Below are positions 32,991 through 39,575 of a stretch of DNA of 39,575 nucleotides, piece after piece. A program made the translations under genes and the position numbers. Source of the DNA: Neoconidiobolus thromboides FSU 785 (Eukaryota > Fungi > Entomophthoromycota); NCBI GenBank assembly GCA_025603075.1, contig MU626434.1, forward strand, positions 1 through 39,575, read 5' to 3'. The first letter of the stretch is position 1. The number at the start of each line of letters is the position of its first letter. The notes under the pieces were generated by a model. That model ran no database searches. It was given only the letters and a program-made list of their open reading frames with translations, and was not told where the DNA came from.

Positions 32991-33734
32991 TTAAAGTAAA
33001 GAGTATAAAACAGTGGCAAGTAATAAGGCTGGGGAGCCATATACTAAAGATGAGGAACTACCTTTTGCACCATCTTTACCAGCACTCTTAGCAAGAACTT
33101 TGAAAGCTGGTGGTGGGTATTTAGGGTCTTTAGGATCAGTCCAGTTGAGCCATTGGTTATTTTCACATAACTGAGAAGCTCTGAAGTAAAGGGTAGAATT
33201 TGCTTCTTTTGGTAAAGCAGAAAGAGATGGAAGTTTGAAAGAGATAGGGAAATCAAGGAAAAGATCAGCAGGTACTTTACCTCCTGAATAGATAATCTTA
33301 GTGACTGGACCTTTCTTTTCAACTGGTTTAGTTTCATCTTTCTTATCAGTAGGTTTAGGATCATCTTTCTTATCAGTGGTTTTTGTGGCATCCTTAGTTT
33401 CGGATGATTTGACTTCAGTTGTTTTGATCTCATCCTTCTTTCCTTCAGTACTATCGCCATGTCTTCTTTCTAATTTCTTTTCGACTGGGGCAGTTACAAG
33501 CTCAGTAGACCAACCATTAACATAACCAGCAGAAAAAGGAGTTTTGAGATCAATGAGGACTTGATCAAACTCAATTACTAATTTAACAGTGCTGGAACCA
33601 TCACAACCATGGGGAATACGAAGATTAGCGCTTTGGTAACCTTCTTCAACACCCTCTTTTGGAGATACAGTAACGTGGGAGTTGACTAAGAATGGAAGTA
33701 AAGTAGCAGCAAGAGTAGCAAAAGTAAATTTCAT
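32991..33734 (-). CDS. YcnI/DUF1775-like secreted copper-binding protein with GPI-like tail, paralog B (247 aa)
   Basis: Same architecture as paralog A (VNS-HVTVSP, RIPHGCDG, FKLPSLSALPKE, SQLCENNQWLNWTDPKDPKYPP) with a longer Lys/Asp/Thr-rich insert; tandem, 346 bp from paralog A. Confidence 0.8.
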   Translation of the reverse strand: MKFTFATLAATLLPFLVNSHVTVSPKEGVEEGYQSANLRIPHGCDGSSTVKLVIEFDQVLIDLKTPFSAGYVNGWSTELVTAPVEKKLERRHGDSTEGKKDEIKTTEVKSSETKDATKTTDKKDDPKPTDKKDETKPVEKKGPVTKIIYSGGKVPADLFLDFPISFKLPSLSALPKEANSTLYFRASQLCENNQWLNWTDPKDPKYPPPAFKVLAKSAGKDGAKGSSSSLVYGSPALLLATVLYSLL

Positions 33735-33796
33735 TATGTAAGAAATATATGAGAGTCCTAGTAAAAAGGTGAGGTAAAGTGGATCGATCTAGTTTC

Positions 33797-33804
33797 TATT
33801 TATA
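33797..33804 (-). promoter_or_regulatory. Candidate TATA box of paralog B
   Basis: TATAAATA 63 bp upstream of the ATG. Confidence 0.4.
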
Positions 33805-34537
33805 CTTTTCAGAACTAGTAACATGGGTTACAGTTTTGTTTGTGTTAATTTAAATGTTCTATACTTTTTTAAATAAATAAAAATTCTAAATTTAGTAAGC
33901 TTCTGGCACCTTCTTTTTGAACCAATTTATTCTTCGCTTCTTATTAACCCACTTTGTAAAATTAATTACCCTGATTTAATCAACCTTTTATGGGCCTATG
34001 TATCAAGTTTGTAGTAGTATAAGCTATCATAACTACGTTATTTATACTATTTGCCATATTTTGAATGCTATGTGAAATAGTATTGTATTTATAATTAGAT
34101 ATTACATTTCTCAAGTTGATTTATAAACAAGATTAGAAAATATTAGAAAAATATTTAGAATTTTTTCTTCTTAAATTAGCATCAGTCATTCTTCACAATC
34201 AATTAGTAGAAGCATTATTCCTTCGAGAAAGTTCCAATCAAATTTCTTTAACTATTCTACATTGATCTTGGTTAATATATAGTATTAAAAAAAATTATAT
34301 GTAAATCTCTTAATTATCCTTTATTTGATTTTGAAATCATGGGGTTTATATGTGACCTTCTAGAAGGATTTTTAAGAAAAAAGAACGGATCATTCAACTA
34401 AAATTATAATTCTAAGTACCCATCCTTGATTTATTCTTAAAGAAACCTTGAATAAATATAAATTTTTGTAAATTAAGTGGATACAAATTTACAATCATAT
34501 ATCCGATGTTAGTTTAGCATTCTCGAATGTACCATAT

Positions 34538-34633
34538 AAGGATGTATTTTTTTGTTTAAGAATTTTACTAACAATCTTTGCACTCAAATAGCCCTTGAAA
34601 AATAGAGAAGTAATGAAACTAAAAAACATCCCC
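34538..34633 (+). mobile_element. GGGGATG-family MITE
   Basis: AAGGATG...CATCCCC, family core, ATAT/ATAT flanks. Confidence 0.9.
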
Positions 34634-35101
34634 ATATATTCAAATTAATTATTGTATGAGCCAAAAGTAATATATAAAATATCAAAGTATTAAGGGGTAT
34701 GCAACCTTTTTAGAAGCATTTGAGATATACCAGATAAATCGATTATTTTTTTCAAATTGGCATCTATAATCAAGAATTAAGAGTATGGAAAGAGTAGAAA
34801 CCTGGGAAATAACAATAAAATATAATGTTTAATAGTATTGTATATATTATTATTGCTTAGGTGGTATTAAAAGACCTTGGATAAATAAATTTATTTAACT
34901 TCGTGTAAGAGTTTACCATAGTTGCTTTTCTAAATTAATAATAAATATTTGGCAAAGTATAAAAACTAGCAGATTTTAAGTGTCAAAGCATACAAAGAAT
35001 AATAAACTAATATAACTAAACTATAATGTTTATAAATTAACGAAAAAAAATAATCCATAATTTTTTAGAATAAAACTATTGTTTATGTAATAAAATTATA
35101 T

Positions 35102-35197
35102 GAGGATGTTTTTTTGGTTTCATCATTTTCTATCTTTTGGGCGCTATTTGAATGCAAAGATTGTTAGTAAAATTCTTAAACAAAAAAATACATCGTT
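35102..35197 (-). mobile_element. GGGGATG-family MITE
   Basis: GAGGATG...CATCGTT, family core, ATAT/ATAT flanks. Confidence 0.85.
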
Positions 35198-35790
35198 ATA
35201 TATATCAGTATAATAATTCTAGATTGATCATAAGTTATTTTGATACTTCGATTTTATTAAAGTTAACTTCAAAGATGTCAATTATTTATTTTATTTTTAA
35301 TTACTAAATATACATACTTTATTTTAAAAACTTACAGTGAATGTAAAGAATATTTTTATTGTGATTACAAAATATGTATATTGGTACCATAAATTGATTT
35401 TTACACAAAATTATTTGAAATAAACTATTTAACTGTAGTTATAAAATTTTATAAAAAAATATTTATTTTTTCAATATTTCTCGTTTTGTAATGATAACTT
35501 AATATTTTGCATTGTTTCTAATAAAACTAAAGTGTCAAAATAATTTATGAATAGTCTAGAAATATCATACTAATTTTTTTACTTAATTGTTTTTATTACA
35601 ATCATCATGATTTTTCAAAAAGTATAAGTTTCTATACTATCTAAATTACTAAAGTCTTTAATTTTAAAATCACTAGTTATTAATATTTAAATAAGCTTTG
35701 TAAATTTAATTCATTGTTTTTAAAAAACAACCCTTTATTTGAAGCTTTAAGAATCATGACATTTATATAATAGTAGTTTATAAATTTAAT

Positions 35791-35881
35791 AGGGGTGTTT
35801 TTTAATTTCATTACTTTTTCTATTTTCAAGTGTTATTTAGGTGGAGAGATTGTTAACAAAATTCTCAAAAAACACATCCCC
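35791..35881 (-). mobile_element. GGGGATG-family MITE (diverged)
   Basis: AGGGGTG...CATCCCC, family core (tttttctattttcaagtgttatttaggtggagagattgtt); TSD not clean. Confidence 0.8.
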
Positions 35882-36262
35882 ATATATTTTGCTAGTTATT
35901 TAACCTTCATGATCTCTATCTTTAATTTTAAATCATAAGTTTTTACAAAAATTCGCACAACTTTTAATAGTATTAACTTATTATGGGTATAGTAAGAAAA
36001 GAATTTCAACAAACTAATAAAGATTTTCAACGTAAATTTCCTCAAAAGTGAACAAATAGGGAATTTTCATGTGCTATTTGATTTAGTTACTTTTGTTAAC
36101 TATAATTGAATTTTTTTCTCTAGTTTGTTAAAAAAATTTCTTACTATAACTATAATAGATTGAAAAATATAATAATTGTTTTTTGATTTTTTTTAAAAAT
36201 TACATGCCTAGGATGGTGTTAATTAAAAACATGATAGTAGTAATCGAATTTACTAGGAGTTA

Positions 36263-36720
36263 ATGGCAGCTTCTATAAATATTAATAAACCCAAAGGGGC
36301 CCTAACCAAGGATGATATACTTGGGTTTCTTAGACGATTTGAGTTTGATAGTGAAAAATGAGAATTCCCTAGCCAGGAAGGATCTCTACTCGGAAATGCA
36401 ATCCTAGGCTCATCTAGAGGTTATCTTTCAATATTAGTGATAGATTACTCAAATAGTACAAATTATGAAGAAATAGTTTAAACTAGAAAATGTGAGAAAT
36501 ATCATGGGATAAAAAGGAATTCGTGGTACCACTTCAAATGAATTTAAACACAATAGGGTTTATATTACTATTGGAAAAGCGACAAGCTCCCAAGAGATTC
36601 ACTAAAAATAAAGCACAATTGAGAAATCTAATAAAAGAGGGAGAAGGGTCTGGAAACTGAGACTTTTAGATCTTTATTACTTGTTGTTAATCTACACATA
36701 GTACAGAGAGATCTGTTTTC
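36263..36720 (+). pseudogene. Possible decayed coding fragment (retroelement gag-like?)
   Basis: GC-richer patch reading MAASININKPKGALTKDDILGFLRRFEFDSEK-[TGA]-EFP..., then multiple stops. FLRRFE...W loosely recalls gag N-termini; weak support. Confidence 0.25.
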
Positions 36721-37926
36721 CTATACTATTTATAAATTTAATAGATTGACGTACATCATGATTGTGTATAGATATATACAACTACTGATGTAGTATAAAA
36801 ATTATATGTTCAATTGAAATAAGTTTAAGCATCTACGTGCGAATCTTCCTTTCAAGCAATGTAGACTTAATATTCATAAAAATTAATTCTAGCGAAAACT
36901 ACTATTATTGGAAATTTTTACAAAATTATAATAAATATAAAATACATTGTAAAATTCAGTTATTATGAAATCAAAGATAACACATTGCTTTCTACAAATA
37001 AACTAACAATTTACTGAAAGTAATCAAGATAGACTACTAGAGGTTTGGTATATTTTTTATGTTATTATTTGGTGGTAACTTTTAATATGCATCTTGTTTG
37101 TTTTTGATTTACTGACTTCGTTATAAAAATTAAAACCTTATCAACATAAATAGAACTTTCGAAGTTTTTATGAATGTTTTAATCCTATTGATATATTTAA
37201 GTATCGTTAGAGTCTTTATTTTTTTACTATTTTCCACCTTATTCTTTAATATATTCTCCCTTAATTTTTTTTAGAGAATTCTGCTCTCATGGTTTAATAA
37301 TGGCCTTTTATTGGCTAACATTTTCCTTATTTAATTAAATTCTAATAGTTTAGACTCTTAATAAAATTATAATGCTGCCAAATAACTTTTAGAATTAGGA
37401 TTTAAACACACTAAAAACTCAATTAATTATATACAAAACATAAATGTAATAGTAAAGATTTGTATTTTTTGAGTAAATTTAAAATTTGCTATTAATAAAC
37501 AGAACAAGCTATCTTTTGATACGATTCTAGTTCAGATAAAAACAGGAGGCTTAATTAGAGACCAATAGAATATTCAAATAAAAGACAAGTTGTAACAAAA
37601 GTATTAATGGAAGAACTACGGGTCATGAGAAAAAAGTGTCCAACATAATACGAATACCTATCTATAACAGTTTTAAATATTAACTAGTCACGAAAATAAA
37701 CATAGTAATCCCAATTTAAATAATATAGTTTTAAAGTAAATATACCTTAAGAGGCTGAACGCGTATTGGTAAAATTTATAATTGACTATAATGTGATTAA
37801 TGAGCATAACTTTTTAAAAATATATGAAATAATATGTCAATAAAGAAGTATAAAAAGGAACTAAAAAAGATAAGACATAAATAAAAATTTAAAACAAATT
37901 TGTTATAAGTTTTGGTATTATCTACA

Positions 37927-39575
37927 ATGAAATTATACAATTACATTTTATTAGGTGGCTTGGCATTACATTCTAATGTCAGCTCTCAGAATATAGTTGA
38001 AGGGAGCACTGATCCTCAAGATTATTTGTTCAAGCTAAATAATCAGACTGAATTCATGAATTGGAGTAAGCAAGTAGAGCAGGCCGCCAAAGATATAGAG
38101 AGGAATGGAGGAAACAGTCGTATTGGGATATTTGATAAGGTATTAATGGTTTTATCTGGATTGTTTGTAGATGGAAAAGAAAAACTAAAATGTGAAGCAT
38201 GTAAAGTTGGCATAGGTGCTGGTGCACTAATCACTCATGTTCCATTTACTAAATCAGCAGTTATATCAGCAGTTGGTGAGATATGCCAAGTAGTTGCTAA
38301 ACAGCCAAAGTCGGTTTGTGAAGGAATCGCTCATTCTACTGGTTCTGAAGTTTATGATGTCTTATACTCAATTAATAGAGATGATCCTTATGTCCGTCAG
38401 GTTGCTTGTGTTTCATTAGGTAATTTGTGTCCGTTCCCAAATATACCAGTTACACCTTTATCTTTACCCTCAAAAAACGAAGCCCAAATCAAAGAAAAAG
38501 AGTCAAAAGATTTCAAATACGTATTGCATTTAAGTGATCTTCATTACGACCCAGACTATTTTGTTGGTGCTGAAGCTAATTGTAATAAACCAATTTGTTG
38601 CCAAAAGGACAGTAATAGTGATCTTAAAGATCAGACTGTCAAGAAACCAGCTGGAAAATGGGGTGACTATAAATGCGATGCTAATAAAGATTTATTACAG
38701 TCATTATTGAAAAATGCTGTAAAAGTAACTAGTGAATATCCTTTAGAAATGACTGTATTCACAGGTGACGTACCAGCCCATGATTTTTGGAAGGAGAGTG
38801 TTGAACGTACTGAAAGTGTGGAGAAAGGAGCATTCAATATATTAAGTAGTTACTTAATACCAAAGAAGAATAAGCTATATCCTACTATTGGTAATCATGA
38901 AGGAGTCCCAGTTAATCAGTTTATGGTAGATGGAAAATCAGACAAAAAGTTCTTAAGGTTGTATAACTTTTTGTCCCAACAGTGGAAAGAATGGTTACCA
39001 CAACAAGCTTTAAGTACTATTCAAAAAGGCGGATATTATTCAGTAGAACACAATAGTGATTTAAAAATAATATCCTTAAATAATAATTTGTGTTATATGT
39101 TTAATTTTCAATTATTCTTAGATCCCTCTAATTCAGATGTAAACAATATGCTAAAATGGTTTATTGGAGAATTAGACCAATCAGAAAAGAAAGGCCAAAA
39201 AGTGTATATAATTTCACACATTTCATCTGGTACTTCAGACTGCTTTAAGCATTGGTCATTACAATATAACTTGATTATTCAAAGATACTACTCAACCATT
39301 AGTGCACAATTCTTTGGACATGAACACTCTGATACTTTTGAAATTAATTATATCTCAAACAAGCCAAAAACTGTCGAGAACGCTATCTCTAATTCTTATT
39401 TAGCACCTTCTATGTCTACATTAGGTGGTCATAATCCATCCTTTAGAATTTACAAAGTAGATGCATCAAACTACAAAGTAGTTGATTATTTCCATTATTC
39501 TGCTGATTTGAAAGAAGCTTCAAAATGGACTAATGACATGGAATGGAAGTTGTTGTATACTGCTAGAGATACTTA
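37927..39575 (+). CDS. Secreted acid sphingomyelinase-like metallophosphoesterase with saposin-like domain (3' end beyond window)
   Basis: Open frame from ATG 37927 to the window end (absent from the ORF track, probably because no stop is reached): signal peptide, CEACK...IC...VCEG...AC...LC, LHLSDLHYDPDY, CNKPICC, GKWGDYKCD, TGDVPAHD, GNHE, SHI, FFGHEH, HNPSFRIY. Confidence 0.93.
   Translation, partial: MKLYNYILLGGLALHSNVSSQNIVEGSTDPQDYLFKLNNQTEFMNWSKQVEQAAKDIERNGGNSRIGIFDKVLMVLSGLFVDGKEKLKCEACKVGIGAGALITHVPFTKSAVISAVGEICQVVAKQPKSVCEGIAHSTGSEVYDVLYSINRDDPYVRQVACVSLGNLCPFPNIPVTPLSLPSKNEAQIKEKESKDFKYVLHLSDLHYDPDYFVGAEANCNKPICCQKDSNSDLKDQTVKKPAGKWGDYKCDANKDLLQSLLKNAVKVTSEYPLEMTVFTGDVPAHDFWKESVERTESVEKGAFNILSSYLIPKKNKLYPTIGNHEGVPVNQFMVDGKSDKKFLRLYNFLSQQWKEWLPQQALSTIQKGGYYSVEHNSDLKIISLNNNLCYMFNFQLFLDPSNSDVNNMLKWFIGELDQSEKKGQKVYIISHISSGTSDCFKHWSLQYNLIIQRYYSTISAQFFGHEHSDTFEINYISNKPKTVENAISNSYLAPSMSTLGGHNPSFRIYKVDASNYKVVDYFHYSADLKEASKWTNDMEWKLLYTARDT

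Overview
AT-rich eukaryotic (fungal) genomic DNA with short GT-AG introns (~45-100 bp). The gene set and style suggest an early-diverging fungus, possibly Zoopagomycota/Entomophthorales (inference only). Genes in order: J-domain+RRM protein (CWC23/DNAJC17-like, +), a C-terminally short COG3 (-), a small conserved unknown protein (+), EndoU ribonuclease (-), two convergent PAP2 lipid phosphatases (one DOLPP1/CAX4-like), LETM1/MDM38 (-), FBPase (+), peroxisomal FOX2 (+), a Zn2Cys6 pseudogene (-), a full-length ABCB/MDR transporter (-), a probably acylated SH3-like protein (-), two tandem YcnI/DUF1775-like secreted proteins with GPI-like tails (-), and a secreted acid-sphingomyelinase-like enzyme that runs off the window end (+). 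Intergenic DNA carries 14 copies of a ~95-bp MITE (GGGGATG...CATCCCC ends, 4-bp A-n-n-T target duplications), one 789-bp relative of it, and three copies of a ~400-bp TG...CA solo-LTR-like element in the first 1.8 kb. Best leads: the bacterial-type His-brace YcnI pair re-engineered as fungal surface proteins, and the 4-bp-TSD (Sola-like) MITE family. All calls are by eye; no searches were run.
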